Source: Candidatus Saccharibacteria bacterium RIFCSPHIGHO2_12_FULL_41_12 (GTDB lineage: Bacteria > Patescibacteriota > Saccharimonadia > Saccharimonadales > 2-12-FULL-41-12). From it: a stretch of 64,000 nucleotides of DNA. The stretch lies in contig MGCQ01000001.1 in assembly GCA_001790445.1 (NCBI GenBank), positions 40,462 to 104,461 on the forward strand. Reading direction: 5' to 3'. The position numbers and the translations under genes were made by a program. The notes below the pieces were generated by a model. The model had not been told where the DNA came from. It worked only from the letters and a program-made list of their open reading frames with translations, and searched no databases. How positions within the stretch are numbered: the stretch's first letter is position 1; every line of letters begins with the position of its first letter. Positions 44,317 to 54,414 of this stretch are shown one piece after another.

Positions 44317-45447
44317 ATGGCAAAACAGACAAAGTTTGGACTATTGGTTAAAAAATCATTAAACTGGAAATTTACAGCCTGGATAGTGGTGTGGCTGAGC
44401 ATTACAGGTTTTTCTTGGCACTTAAATCATATCAATATATACAAATTTGTACCCCCTGATTTACTGGTGAACCAACTTTATCACAGTGGTTCTGAGTATA
44501 TTAGTCTTAAAACTATTGTCGCTATATTCAGCCATTTGTCATCAAGGGGTATAGTCTATCATTTATTGTTTTCTGGTATTGTGACTATTTTTGGTCTGTC
44601 TATATATCTGATAGCAAAAGAAAAGTATTCGGATAGAATAGCTGCTATGTCGAGCATGATCGCCATGTTGCAAGCATATATTTTACTCAGTATTGGAAAT
44701 TTTGATTACAGCCTTCTCTCTTTAATTGCTTTGCCTGTGATCATATTAATTTGCTCTTGGCTCCACCCCAAACACGGCAAAAGCTATTATTTACTCCTTG
44801 GGCTAACTCTTGGTCTATTGTTTTGCGTACCATACTTCTGGGCAATGTTAATATTCGCGGCAGTTATGGCCCGCTCAAGATTAAAAGTACTGTTCAAGCA
44901 CATAAATTTAACCAAAAAAATCTTTTTAATAGCCCCCAGTTTATTTAGTATTGCTCTGAGCACTACATATAGCGTCAGGAGGGCAGATTACCACTGGTTA
45001 GTGGGCAATATACAAAATCTAGAGACAAAGCCAAGCAAACTGCTTGATGGAGCCGTGGAGGCAATTAAAAGACTTTTGGTCGACTTTGACCCTAGTACCA
45101 GCCCAAAACTACCCCTGATTGGGCTTGCTTTAGTTTTATTTAGCATACTATCTTTTTATCTCTATATTCAGGGTTTTAGTTCTATCCAGCAAAAAATTTT
45201 GCCTGCCATATGTCTTGGTGCTTTTGCTTTGACTGTTTTGGGGCTTAGCAGCATGTACTTTATTATTCTTGCTGGGGTTATAATTATGAGCATCAACGGG
45301 GTAGCAATGCTTTTGCAACAATGGTTTACTGTTTTTCCTAAAAACCCTTTTGCCAGATTTAGTGGCATAGCAATACTGACGATATGTGTCCTTGTATTCG
45401 TCGCAACTCAAGTAATCAGCTATATTGAACTTACAAAAATGAGTTGA
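44317..45447 (+). CDS. Polytopic membrane protein (function unknown)
   Basis: At least 9 hydrophobic segments; no confident family assignment. Confidence 0.55.
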   Translation: MAKQTKFGLLVKKSLNWKFTAWIVVWLSITGFSWHLNHINIYKFVPPDLLVNQLYHSGSEYISLKTIVAIFSHLSSRGIVYHLLFSGIVTIFGLSIYLIAKEKYSDRIAAMSSMIAMLQAYILLSIGNFDYSLLSLIALPVIILICSWLHPKHGKSYYLLLGLTLGLLFCVPYFWAMLIFAAVMARSRLKVLFKHINLTKKIFLIAPSLFSIALSTTYSVRRADYHWLVGNIQNLETKPSKLLDGAVEAIKRLLVDFDPSTSPKLPLIGLALVLFSILSFYLYIQGFSSIQQKILPAICLGAFALTVLGLSSMYFIILAGVIIMSINGVAMLLQQWFTVFPKNPFARFSGIAILTICVLVFVATQVISYIELTKMS

Positions 45448-45538
45448 TAATTTATAGATTGATTCACTGGCTCAATATCTTGGTGGTATCTAGGCACCTT
45501 CCAATGTTATAATAAATAGATTACGAAAGGGGATAATT

Positions 45539-45832
45539 ATGAGTAAACTTGACCAAGCAAAGATGTTAATGAAAGTCAGAAAGCTACAAAAAGAGTTGCA
45601 AAAAGAGATTATCACAGTCACTACTGGTGATGATGCAGTTAAAGTAGAAATAACCGGCGAACAAAAAATAAAAAGAATATCGATTGATCCAGAACGCGTT
45701 AACCTTGATGATATTCGCGAGCTGGAAAAGTGGGTCGAAGAAGCAGTTAAAGACGCCATTGCCAAAAGCCAAAAACACGCAGCTGAGAAAATGCAACCTA
45801 TGATGGGAATGCTCGGCGACCTAGGTCTGTAA
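45539..45832 (+). CDS. ybaB: YbaB/EbfC-family nucleoid-associated protein
   Basis: 97 aa, MMKVRKLQKELQK pattern, and the canonical position before recR. Confidence 0.85.
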   Translation: MSKLDQAKMLMKVRKLQKELQKEIITVTTGDDAVKVEITGEQKIKRISIDPERVNLDDIRELEKWVEEAVKDAIAKSQKHAAEKMQPMMGMLGDLGL

Positions 45833-45845
45833 CCGACAAACTACC

Positions 45846-46454
45846 ATGGAAGACAGCTCCTTGCCCAGATCAATTGAAGACGCTATCAGTAGTTTTTCGC
45901 TTTTGCCTGGTGTTGGCCGAAGAAGTGCAGAACGATATGTGCAGTATTTATTAAAATCAGACCCTTCAAAGTCTGGTAGTATAAGCACGTCTCTTGGCAA
46001 TCTGGTGGGCTCGGTCAAACGTTGCCCTGTCACTTTCGCATTTATTGATGCTGGATCAAACGTGTCAGATCTTTATAGTGATCCGAAAAGAGACAAGAGC
46101 ATCATCGCCGTTGTAGCCGACCCATTTGATATATACGCCATAGAAAAAACTAGTTATCGTGGCACTTATCACGTTCTGGGGGGGCTGCTATCTCCAATTG
46201 ATGGCATCACACCCTCAGAACTCAATATCCCAACACTTGTTAAGAGATGTAAAAGTGACAAGGTCAAGGAACTTATTCTAGCTACAAACGCCAGTGTAGA
46301 AGGTGAAGCCACCTCACACTATGTGGCTAAACAACTTGAAGATTTTGATATCCGAATAACTCGTTTAGCCAGAGGTTTACCCATTGGACTGGACATCGAA
46401 TATGCTGATATGATTACTTTAGCTCGCGCCATTGAGGGCAGACAAACATTATGA
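45846..46454 (+). CDS. recR: Recombination protein RecR (Cys4 zinc finger absent)
   Basis: LPGVGRRSAERY HhH motif and Toprim LILATNASVEGEATSHY. Confidence 0.9.
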   Translation: MEDSSLPRSIEDAISSFSLLPGVGRRSAERYVQYLLKSDPSKSGSISTSLGNLVGSVKRCPVTFAFIDAGSNVSDLYSDPKRDKSIIAVVADPFDIYAIEKTSYRGTYHVLGGLLSPIDGITPSELNIPTLVKRCKSDKVKELILATNASVEGEATSHYVAKQLEDFDIRITRLARGLPIGLDIEYADMITLARAIEGRQTL

Positions 46455-47449
46455 ACAAGACCCAAACACAAGCTGTCAAAGATTTTTTTTCTAAAAACAA
46501 TACATTTGTTATTGTCCAAGCCGACAATCCTGATGGAGACAGCCTAACTAGTGCATTGGCTATCGGGCGAATTATCGAAAGTCTGGATAAAACTGCTTAC
46601 CAATTTTGTTCCGTAAAAATTGCAGATTATCTTAGCTACATTGACGACCAAAGCACAGTATCAAGCCAGTTTCCACCTGACTTTGACGCTTCAATTATTG
46701 TAGATGCCAGTGCAAAAGTACTATTTGAGAACCTAGAAAAATCAAGAAAATTCGGTCTGCTAGCTGGCAAGCCTTGTCTTGTTATTGACCATCATTCCAA
46801 CGAGTGCGATCTTGAATTTGCCACAATTGTATATCAAAAGACAGCAGTTTCTGCTAGTCAATTGGTTGCCGAAATAAGCAAAATTATTGGGGCTAAGCTT
46901 GATCTCACAACCAAAGAACTCATCACTATCGGTATATTGTCAGATAGTCTAGGTCTGGTTAGTGAAGCTACAGACTCTGCAGCAGTTAGGTTAATTGCCG
47001 ATTATATAGACGACGGAGTATCTCTTGCAAAATTAGACAATCTCCGCAGAGAAACTTACCGCAAAAGTCCTGAAATTATTAAGTATAAAGCCAAGTTGCT
47101 AGATCGAATTGAGTATTGGGCTGACGGGCAGGTTTCTACAGTAGTTATTCCTTGGAACGAGATCCAAACGTACAGCAACGAGTACAACCCAAGCATGCTG
47201 GTTATTGAGGAAATGCGACAGGCGATAGGAGTAAATTTAGCTGTTGCGTTTAAAATATATCCTGACAGAATAACTGCTAAACTCAGGTCAAATTATGGCA
47301 TTAGAGTATGCGACAAAATTGCTGAAAAATTTGGTGGTGGCGGGCATCCATACGCCAGCGGATTCAAAATTAAAGGTAGAAATACTGATGTTAAAGAATT
47401 AACGGACAAAGTAATTGTAGAATATCTGAGACTTATAAAAGATGATTAA
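46451..47449 (+). CDS. DHH/DHHA1 phosphoesterase (NrnA-like)
   Basis: DGDSLTSALA, VIDHHSN and GGGHPYASGF motifs. Confidence 0.85.
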   Translation: MNKTQTQAVKDFFSKNNTFVIVQADNPDGDSLTSALAIGRIIESLDKTAYQFCSVKIADYLSYIDDQSTVSSQFPPDFDASIIVDASAKVLFENLEKSRKFGLLAGKPCLVIDHHSNECDLEFATIVYQKTAVSASQLVAEISKIIGAKLDLTTKELITIGILSDSLGLVSEATDSAAVRLIADYIDDGVSLAKLDNLRRETYRKSPEIIKYKAKLLDRIEYWADGQVSTVVIPWNEIQTYSNEYNPSMLVIEEMRQAIGVNLAVAFKIYPDRITAKLRSNYGIRVCDKIAEKFGGGGHPYASGFKIKGRNTDVKELTDKVIVEYLRLIKDD

Positions 47450-48845
47450 GCTATACAATACCCTCAGTCGAAAAATAGAACCATTTAAGCCATTGGTTGA
47501 TGGCAAAGTTAATATGTACTCTTGTGGTCCAACAGTTTATGATCACGCACATATTGGTAACCTCAGCTCATATATATATGCGGATACTTTGCGACGTATT
47601 CTTGAGCTAGGAGGCATGCAAGTCAGACAAGTTATGAACTATACCGATGTCGATGACAAAACTGTCGGGAAGAGCACCACAGCGTACCCTAATTTGCCCC
47701 CAAAAGAAGCTCTTCGAAAACTCACAGATGGGTACATTGAACAATTTTTAAACGATATAAAGCTTGTTAGTATTGACGTAGACGCTATTGATTTTGTGCG
47801 GGCAACAGATAGTATTGAAGATATTAAAAACCTGATTATCCAACTAGTAAGCAGTGGCGTTGCCTATATTTCGGACGACGGAGTGTATTTTTCTATTGAA
47901 GCCTACAAAAAGAGTGGCAAGACGTACGGACAATTGCTGAAAATATCAGATTCAAATACCAGCCAAGCAAGAATAGATAACGACGAATACGATAAAGAAT
48001 CTATCCATGATTTTGCCCTCTGGAAAAAGCAAAAGGAAGGCGAACCTGCGTGGGATTTTGAGATTGACGGGCACAATATAAAAGGACGCCCGGGTTGGCA
48101 TATTGAATGTTCTGCCATGAGCGAAAAAGCTTTTGGTCTGCCGTTTGACATCCACACTGGTGGCATTGACTTGATATTCCCACACCACGAAAACGAGATT
48201 GCCCAGAGCACAGGAGCAAAAGACAACCCTGTTATGGCAAATTATTTTGTACACAGCAGCCACCTGTTGGTTGATGGTAAAAAAATGGCAAAATCAGCAA
48301 ACAATTTCTACACTCTTGATGACATTATTAATAAAGGCTACGATCCGTCGGCCTTTAGACTGCTAGTATTGCAATCACACTACAGAAATGAGTCCAACTT
48401 TTCGTGGGAAAATCTAGAATCAGCACAGAACAGACTAAAGCGTTGGAAAAACATAGCAGAGTTGCGCTGGCAAGAGCACATAGCAAGCGATAGCAAAATT
48501 AACTCAGATGACTTTAAAAAAGCACTGAATAGTGCAATATTTAAAGACCTAGATACGCCGTCTAGCTTACTTGTAGTTGAAGAGTGGCTAGAAAAGACGG
48601 AAAACTTAAGTCTATGTAAGCCGTGTTTAGAGAATATTTTTTATGAAATTAGCTCAATATTTGGCATAGATATTTTGACTGCTACTCCAGATATTGACAG
48701 TAGAACACTACAATTAATAAAAGACAGATTTAAAGCTAGGGAGTCAAAGGATTGGACGAAGTCAGATGAGTTACGTGATGAGTTGGCTGAGCAGGGCATA
48801 GGTATCCGCGACACAGATCACGGTTCAATTTGGTACAGAATATAA
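47442..48845 (+). CDS. cysS: Cysteinyl-tRNA synthetase
   Basis: MYSCGPTVYDHAHIGNL, GWHIECSAM, KMAKS. Confidence 0.94.
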   Translation: MIKLYNTLSRKIEPFKPLVDGKVNMYSCGPTVYDHAHIGNLSSYIYADTLRRILELGGMQVRQVMNYTDVDDKTVGKSTTAYPNLPPKEALRKLTDGYIEQFLNDIKLVSIDVDAIDFVRATDSIEDIKNLIIQLVSSGVAYISDDGVYFSIEAYKKSGKTYGQLLKISDSNTSQARIDNDEYDKESIHDFALWKKQKEGEPAWDFEIDGHNIKGRPGWHIECSAMSEKAFGLPFDIHTGGIDLIFPHHENEIAQSTGAKDNPVMANYFVHSSHLLVDGKKMAKSANNFYTLDDIINKGYDPSAFRLLVLQSHYRNESNFSWENLESAQNRLKRWKNIAELRWQEHIASDSKINSDDFKKALNSAIFKDLDTPSSLLVVEEWLEKTENLSLCKPCLENIFYEISSIFGIDILTATPDIDSRTLQLIKDRFKARESKDWTKSDELRDELAEQGIGIRDTDHGSIWYRI

Positions 48846-48851
48846 AAGCTT

Positions 48852-49931
48852 CTACTCAGAATTCTTAAGGCGTTCGTGGTAGTGATCTTCAATCAAGACA
48901 CCGATGCAACCTGCTATCGGTATAGCAAATAGAGCACCGACAATTCCCGCAACTGCTACGCCTATCATTGCACCCATAAAAACCAGTAATGGAGTGAGGT
49001 TGTTGCTTCTGGATTGTATGTATGGCTGGATAGTCGTATTTTCTATTTGTTGATACAAAATAAAATATATCGCCATAGCTATTGCCAATGGGGCAGAGAT
49101 AAATATACAAGCTACAACCACCAATACAGCGCCTATTGTTGTACCTATTAGGGGCAACAGTGCAAAAAGAGTGATAATAGCGGCTAGAGCGATTGCATTG
49201 ACATTGACATGAAATATTTGACTAAGCACAATCAAAGCAATAAATGTAAAAACCCCACCTATCGTTGCCACTATAACTTGTGCATTGACATATCCAGTCA
49301 CTACTTTGTACATTTTTTCTGCTAACTCTTTGCGACGCTGTCTTTTGGAAGGCGGTTGTATCTTCCAGAACTTACTTAGCCAGCCTGGCCCCTCTACTAA
49401 CATCATAAATGTGATAATTAGCAGGGCGATAACGTTGGCTATAGTCGAACCTATTGTTGTTGCTGTTGCCAAAGCTGGTTTACTAATGTCTTTATAATGA
49501 TCACCAAAATCATATGAAAAATCATCTAATGCTTTATCTAGCTTATAGTGATATACAAAATTTTTTGCTGCGGAGTCTTGGGTTTTAAAATTATTGATTG
49601 TTTGAGGGACATCTTGAATAAATTTTACTGTTTGACCAACAAGTGGAGGAATTAACAGAGAGAAAAAGCCAATCAATATGGCCAGAACGAGTACATATGT
49701 AATAGCTGTTGCTTTTATCCTACTATGACTTTTTAATCTTTTTGTTATCCAGCTTACAGCAGGATTTAGTCCAATGGCCAAAAAAAATGAGATAGAAATA
49801 AGAATTAGAGGCTTGACTATCAGCCCGAGCATTTTAATCAAAAAAACAGTTCCTATGAGTACTGCGACAACTTTAATTAAGGTTCTTGTCTTAACCGATA
49901 TAGTGATGACTTGCTTATTGTTTTCACTCAT
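48852..49931 (-). CDS. AI-2E/PerM-family (UPF0118) transporter
   Basis: Eight-TM architecture with the typical central cytoplasmic loop; family call from overall pattern. Confidence 0.7.
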   Translation of the reverse strand: MSENNKQVITISVKTRTLIKVVAVLIGTVFLIKMLGLIVKPLILISISFFLAIGLNPAVSWITKRLKSHSRIKATAITYVLVLAILIGFFSLLIPPLVGQTVKFIQDVPQTINNFKTQDSAAKNFVYHYKLDKALDDFSYDFGDHYKDISKPALATATTIGSTIANVIALLIITFMMLVEGPGWLSKFWKIQPPSKRQRRKELAEKMYKVVTGYVNAQVIVATIGGVFTFIALIVLSQIFHVNVNAIALAAIITLFALLPLIGTTIGAVLVVVACIFISAPLAIAMAIYFILYQQIENTTIQPYIQSRSNNLTPLLVFMGAMIGVAVAGIVGALFAIPIAGCIGVLIEDHYHERLKNSE

Positions 49932-49956
49932 AACTTACTGCCTGATAATAGCATAA

Positions 49957-51099
49957 TTATTCACCTTGATAAACTTTTAGAATTTGTTTTGCAACAGTTT
50001 TAACATCATATTGCTTGACCAATTTTTGTTGGCGAGAGAACAAAGTGCTTCTTTGTTTAGGACTATTTATGTATTTTGCCAAATGTTTTGCAAACTCTTC
50101 TGTATTAAATGCGTCGAACAAACTTCCTTTTGCCTGGGCAAGAACGCTTGCATACCCTGGATTGTTACCAGCCAAAACAACAGGATGAGCCGTTGCCATA
50201 GCCTCAACCGTGACAACTCCAAAACTTTCTCCACTCATTGCTGGATAGATAGTTATATCTGATAAATTCATCAGTTTAAATTTTTTGTCATCAGTTGTAC
50301 GCCCATAAAATTTAACTTGTTTTGAAATTTCATTACTGGTTACAAATTTTTCAAGTTTTTGCCTGTCCGGTCCATCGCCGGATATGTGCAAAAACCAATC
50401 TTTTTTAAACAGGTTATTCTCTGTTCCATATTTCAGAACTTTCAGAAGCTCGATGCAACCTTTACGTTCAACTAGACGCCCATGAAACAAAAGTTCTACT
50501 TCGTGGTCATTTGGCAATTTTGTTTTAACAATTTTTTTAATATTTGATAAGTCAACTGGGTACTTAATAATTTGCCCATCTATCCCATAGTACTTTTTTG
50601 AAAATATTTTTGATGGCTCAGAAATATTGATAAATCCATTAAAATATTTGTTGTAAAGTTTTGACCAATATCCAAATATATAATTAGAAATTGTAGACAC
50701 CCGGTCATATGGCAATATATGAAATGTTCCGACAATCCGTGAGTGTCCATCAGCTATTTTCAATACTTTGCCCGCCATAAGTGGGCTAAATGGATACTGA
50801 ACATGCACAATGTCAAATTGCTCGTTATACAACAATTTACGCACTGCCTTTTTGCTTGTGTAAATAGGAATAGACAGATGATTCCCACTAAACTTTACCT
50901 TAATATTTTTTGACAAACTATGTTGACGCTTGCGTACTTTTTTCTTGGTTTCTCCAACAATGTAATCAACTCTGTGGCCATGTTTTTCAAAATAATCACC
51001 GAGAGTCAGCACATAAACCTGCGCGCCTGCATTTCTATCAAGCGTGTCGTCCAAGACCATCGCTATCTTTAGTCGTTTAATTGTTGTGCTTTTTTTCAT
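49957..51099 (-). CDS. Family-4 (GT-B) glycosyltransferase
   Basis: C-terminal ESFGVVTVEAMATAHPVV E-x7-E type motif. Confidence 0.85.
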   Translation of the reverse strand: MKKSTTIKRLKIAMVLDDTLDRNAGAQVYVLTLGDYFEKHGHRVDYIVGETKKKVRKRQHSLSKNIKVKFSGNHLSIPIYTSKKAVRKLLYNEQFDIVHVQYPFSPLMAGKVLKIADGHSRIVGTFHILPYDRVSTISNYIFGYWSKLYNKYFNGFINISEPSKIFSKKYYGIDGQIIKYPVDLSNIKKIVKTKLPNDHEVELLFHGRLVERKGCIELLKVLKYGTENNLFKKDWFLHISGDGPDRQKLEKFVTSNEISKQVKFYGRTTDDKKFKLMNLSDITIYPAMSGESFGVVTVEAMATAHPVVLAGNNPGYASVLAQAKGSLFDAFNTEEFAKHLAKYINSPKQRSTLFSRQQKLVKQYDVKTVAKQILKVYQGE

Positions 51100-52213
51100 A
51101 GGCCATTTTATATAAATTCATGTAGCTTTTTGCCACAACTGAAAAGTCATATTTTTCAACTTCATTTACCGCCCAATTGTTCCACACTTTTTGAAGGTTT
51201 TCACTGTCGATTAATAAGTCCAGTCTTCTAGCAAATTCATCTGTTTCTTTAGGGTTGACAATAGACATACGACCGTCACCGCTCAACACATCCGCATAAC
51301 CACTGTTGTCTCCCGCTACAACAACCAACCCACTTGCCATAGCTTCAAGCAGGACTATACCAAAACTTTCGCCGTAAAGAGCAGGCGAACAAAATATATG
51401 AGACGAATTAAAATATTCAATTTTTTCATCATCAGTAATTTTACCAACAAAAGATACATCTGGAATTTTATACTCTTTGACCTGATCGTGTAATTTATCA
51501 ATATCTACTCCTGTGCCGGCAATTATCAGTTCTACATCATCTCTATATGTCCTCAAACTACTGTAGGCACGAAGCAAATATTGAAGTCCTTTGCGCTTTT
51601 CTAATCTACCTATATAAAATATTCGCTTTTTTGAGCTATGTCTTTTGTCTGGCTGTGTTTGCCTAAAGTTGGCTACATCTATCCCATTGGGGATAATCAA
51701 TATTTTTCTATGCGTCATCTGTGCAATATATTGAGTGGCAGTGGGCGATACAGCCGTCAAAACATCTATGTATTTGAGAATTGATTTTGTATATGGCTTA
51801 AAAACACGCTCGATAGTCTTGGCCATAAAAAGATCTGGAATTGCGGCATGAGACGTAGCAATATTAATACTTTTTGACCTGGACATGACTTGCCTGGACA
51901 TTAGCGGCGCCCATGGTTCATGAAAATGTAAGATATCAAAATCTTCGCTTGCCAGTACCTGGTCAATTTTGTCAGTATCTACGCTAACAGAGAACTGTGA
52001 CTGAGTATGCATCGATTTAATTGGCCGTGACCTACCCAAAAAAACTATATTATCGTAATCTTCTTTACAACCCACCGGACGAGGCGTAATGATTACTGAT
52101 TTGAGTCCTGATTCATTATAAATTTTATTAAGAGCCAGAACTTGTTCCTGCACACCGCCACCAGCGAAAATATCGTAAGGGCACACTATACCAACTTTTA
52201 TCATGGCATACAC
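51077..52213 (-). CDS. Family-4 (GT-B) glycosyltransferase
   Basis: ESFGIVLLEAMASGLVVV motif. Overlaps the downstream GT4 gene. Confidence 0.85.
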   Translation of the reverse strand: MYAMIKVGIVCPYDIFAGGGVQEQVLALNKIYNESGLKSVIITPRPVGCKEDYDNIVFLGRSRPIKSMHTQSQFSVSVDTDKIDQVLASEDFDILHFHEPWAPLMSRQVMSRSKSINIATSHAAIPDLFMAKTIERVFKPYTKSILKYIDVLTAVSPTATQYIAQMTHRKILIIPNGIDVANFRQTQPDKRHSSKKRIFYIGRLEKRKGLQYLLRAYSSLRTYRDDVELIIAGTGVDIDKLHDQVKEYKIPDVSFVGKITDDEKIEYFNSSHIFCSPALYGESFGIVLLEAMASGLVVVAGDNSGYADVLSGDGRMSIVNPKETDEFARRLDLLIDSENLQKVWNNWAVNEVEKYDFSVVAKSYMNLYKMAYEKKHNN

Positions 52214-52324
52214 ACCACATCTTTTGCTTTACCGTACCATTTGTACGGCTTGCTGTGTTTCTCAAAGAGAAAATTAATATTGGTCTCAAGTGTGTGGGCC
52301 ATAATTCTTAGGTATATTTTCTCA

Positions 52325-53242
52325 TTATTTGACAAGTTTATCAACTACGGCAGGCGGTATGTACTGACCTGCTTCTTCTGCAGTAGCTACAATAGATGGC
52401 ATATGTGCCGCCATTTTGCTCTCTACCGCTACGTAACCCTCATAAATGACGTTCATATGCTGTTCGGTCATGTATTGATCTACATATACATCGTCTTTGA
52501 CATAAATATTATAAACTTTGTGATCAATCCGTTGGTTGTACTCGCATAAATCGACGCTGAACATTGTCAATATAGTTTTCATTCGCGTTCTAACATCGTT
52601 GATGTGCCAAAGCTTTATTTCTGCTTTAATGCGTCGCCGTAGCTCAGAGAATCCAGCTCCCCTCATTTTTGGGTTTTTTCTCGAAACTACTAAATATGAC
52701 ATGATTATAACTGGAGGCAACAACACGGTATATCTGAATATTGTCGATGTAATCTTGCCTGAAGATACTTTAGCTAGGAGTTTAGCCAACCTTATGTAAA
52801 TTTTTTTGAGCTTGATATCTTCATGGTGAGTGAATCCAACAAAACCAAAAATGTAGTCTATCTGTGGCAAAAATTGTGGATATTTTTGGAGCATTCTGGT
52901 GGCAATAAGAAACGAAAAAGACATAGGCATGATCATAAAATTCTTTTTTTTGTACTTTATCTTGATGAAAGAGGCCAAATAGTCCGCATAATTTTCCAAA
53001 GTAGGGGGCATATTAATCGTGTAGAAGCTATCCATCCCACCGAATCCAGGCAGGTCACAGATAGTAACATTACCAAATTTGCGCATAAACTCTGCAAAAC
53101 CCTTCATTCTCTCAATAGAAGCGTGGTGGCCATATATCATCAGTATCTCTTTATCTGTAGGCTTTTGACACTTGAAATAGAGCATGCGTCCTTGCATGCC
53201 GTTGATACTCAAATTAGTTATAGAATCCTCGAATTCTGCCAT
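52325..53242 (-). CDS. Alpha/beta-hydrolase-fold-like protein
   Basis: LMIYGHHASIERM...DLPGFGGMD pattern. The nucleophile motif is not clear. Confidence 0.5.
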   Translation of the reverse strand: MAEFEDSITNLSINGMQGRMLYFKCQKPTDKEILMIYGHHASIERMKGFAEFMRKFGNVTICDLPGFGGMDSFYTINMPPTLENYADYLASFIKIKYKKKNFMIMPMSFSFLIATRMLQKYPQFLPQIDYIFGFVGFTHHEDIKLKKIYIRLAKLLAKVSSGKITSTIFRYTVLLPPVIIMSYLVVSRKNPKMRGAGFSELRRRIKAEIKLWHINDVRTRMKTILTMFSVDLCEYNQRIDHKVYNIYVKDDVYVDQYMTEQHMNVIYEGYVAVESKMAAHMPSIVATAEEAGQYIPPAVVDKLVK

Positions 53243-53322
53243 CTTGAAATGTATTATATCACCAAAGTAACTTTAGTTTGTGATAGTTTCCAAAACTAGG
53301 ACAAGGTGGTGTGGAGGTTTTG

Positions 53323-54180
53323 CTACTGGGTATGGGTGGAGTCTTTGCTGACCCAAACATATTCCCACGACTCTGGCTCTGGACCTTGACTAGTCGCCCC
53401 AGCAGGGTAGCTGGGTATCCAGCCAGCTTTTTTGGTGTTTTCATAATTATTTGCACTGAGCCAGGTATAACAAGGTGTATTTTCGAATCGTCGATTTTCG
53501 TAACCTTGACAAGCTAGATCTATAGTATATCCAGTATGGTGCCTGGAATACCCAGGTGGAGCAGTAGTATTCAAGACATTATTGATCTGTGCGTCTGTCG
53601 CACCATAACGATTACCCAAGCGACTTAGAAATATTTCTTTTTGATCCTCGGCACTCCTATATCCAGCGATAACCTTTAGCCCAATATTGTCTTTCACAGC
53701 GTGAGCTTGCAGCTCAACCCAATCCGCATAAGCTTTTTGCTGTAGCTTGTGCTCACTGTCGACAGCTACAAAACTATCAACAATCGGGGCGCTCCTGATC
53801 ACGTAGCCTTTTGCGGCGGCCAATGTTCTGATTCGCTCATCTAATGACTCACTGTAGGTTATTGGTGTTTCTTCGCTGATTTTTGCAGTATTAGGGAAGA
53901 CAAATGATTTGTAGAGCTCTCTGAATTGTTCTGGAGTAAACTGTCTTAAGTTATTTTTTGCTGTAGATTGAGAAACTTGTGTGGCTGTTTTTGTTGGAGT
54001 ATTTTCTTTGTTGTTAACGTTCAAAACAGTGTGCTTAACGCCAACCTCATAAACAAAAGCCAAAATTATCGCTAATGCTAAAACTAATAGGAATTTCTTA
54101 AGCTTACTCCCACCTGTTTTCTTTGCTTGGATAGACTTATGATCTATAACCCTCATGCTAATAATTAGTATATCATCCAA
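53323..54180 (-). CDS. VanY/M15-family D-alanyl-D-alanine carboxypeptidase, membrane-anchored
   Basis: PGYSRHHTGYTIDL and GWIPSYP motifs. N-terminal TM. Confidence 0.82.
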   Translation of the reverse strand: MDDILIISMRVIDHKSIQAKKTGGSKLKKFLLVLALAIILAFVYEVGVKHTVLNVNNKENTPTKTATQVSQSTAKNNLRQFTPEQFRELYKSFVFPNTAKISEETPITYSESLDERIRTLAAAKGYVIRSAPIVDSFVAVDSEHKLQQKAYADWVELQAHAVKDNIGLKVIAGYRSAEDQKEIFLSRLGNRYGATDAQINNVLNTTAPPGYSRHHTGYTIDLACQGYENRRFENTPCYTWLSANNYENTKKAGWIPSYPAGATSQGPEPESWEYVWVSKDSTHTQ

Positions 54181-54248
54181 ATTACCATTGTTACAGAGGC
54201 AAATATTTGCTAGTTAAATGAGCTAATCCACAAAAAATTAATAAATAA

Positions 54249-54410
54249 TTAGTGTGCTGGAGCCGTGTCTCGAATTGTTTTGGCGCGCTTTACCATGTCA
54301 CGTTGATCTTTCATTGAAGCATCGACAGCTTTTTTTATAGCACGTTCGCTAGTAACATACTGTTTTGTCGTAGGTTTTCTAGTTAATTTTCGTAATATTG
54401 CGTAAACCAT
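54249..54410 (-). CDS. Small basic hypothetical protein (53 aa), not in the ORF track
   Basis: My translation: MVYAILRKLTRKPTTKQYVTSERAIKKAVDASMKDQRDMVKRAKTIRDTAPAH. Starts 4 nt after the zeta-like gene stop. Confidence 0.4.
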   Translation of the reverse strand: MVYAILRKLTRKPTTKQYVTSERAIKKAVDASMKDQRDMVKRAKTIRDTAPAH

Positions 54411-54414
54411 ATTT

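Noticed and set aside
52142-53299. Plus-strand ORFs 52142-52549, 52536-52799 and 52823-53299
   Set aside because: They are antisense to the GT4 and alpha/beta-hydrolase genes. They are Cys-, Phe- and Tyr-rich, as expected from translating AT-rich sequence in the wrong frame.
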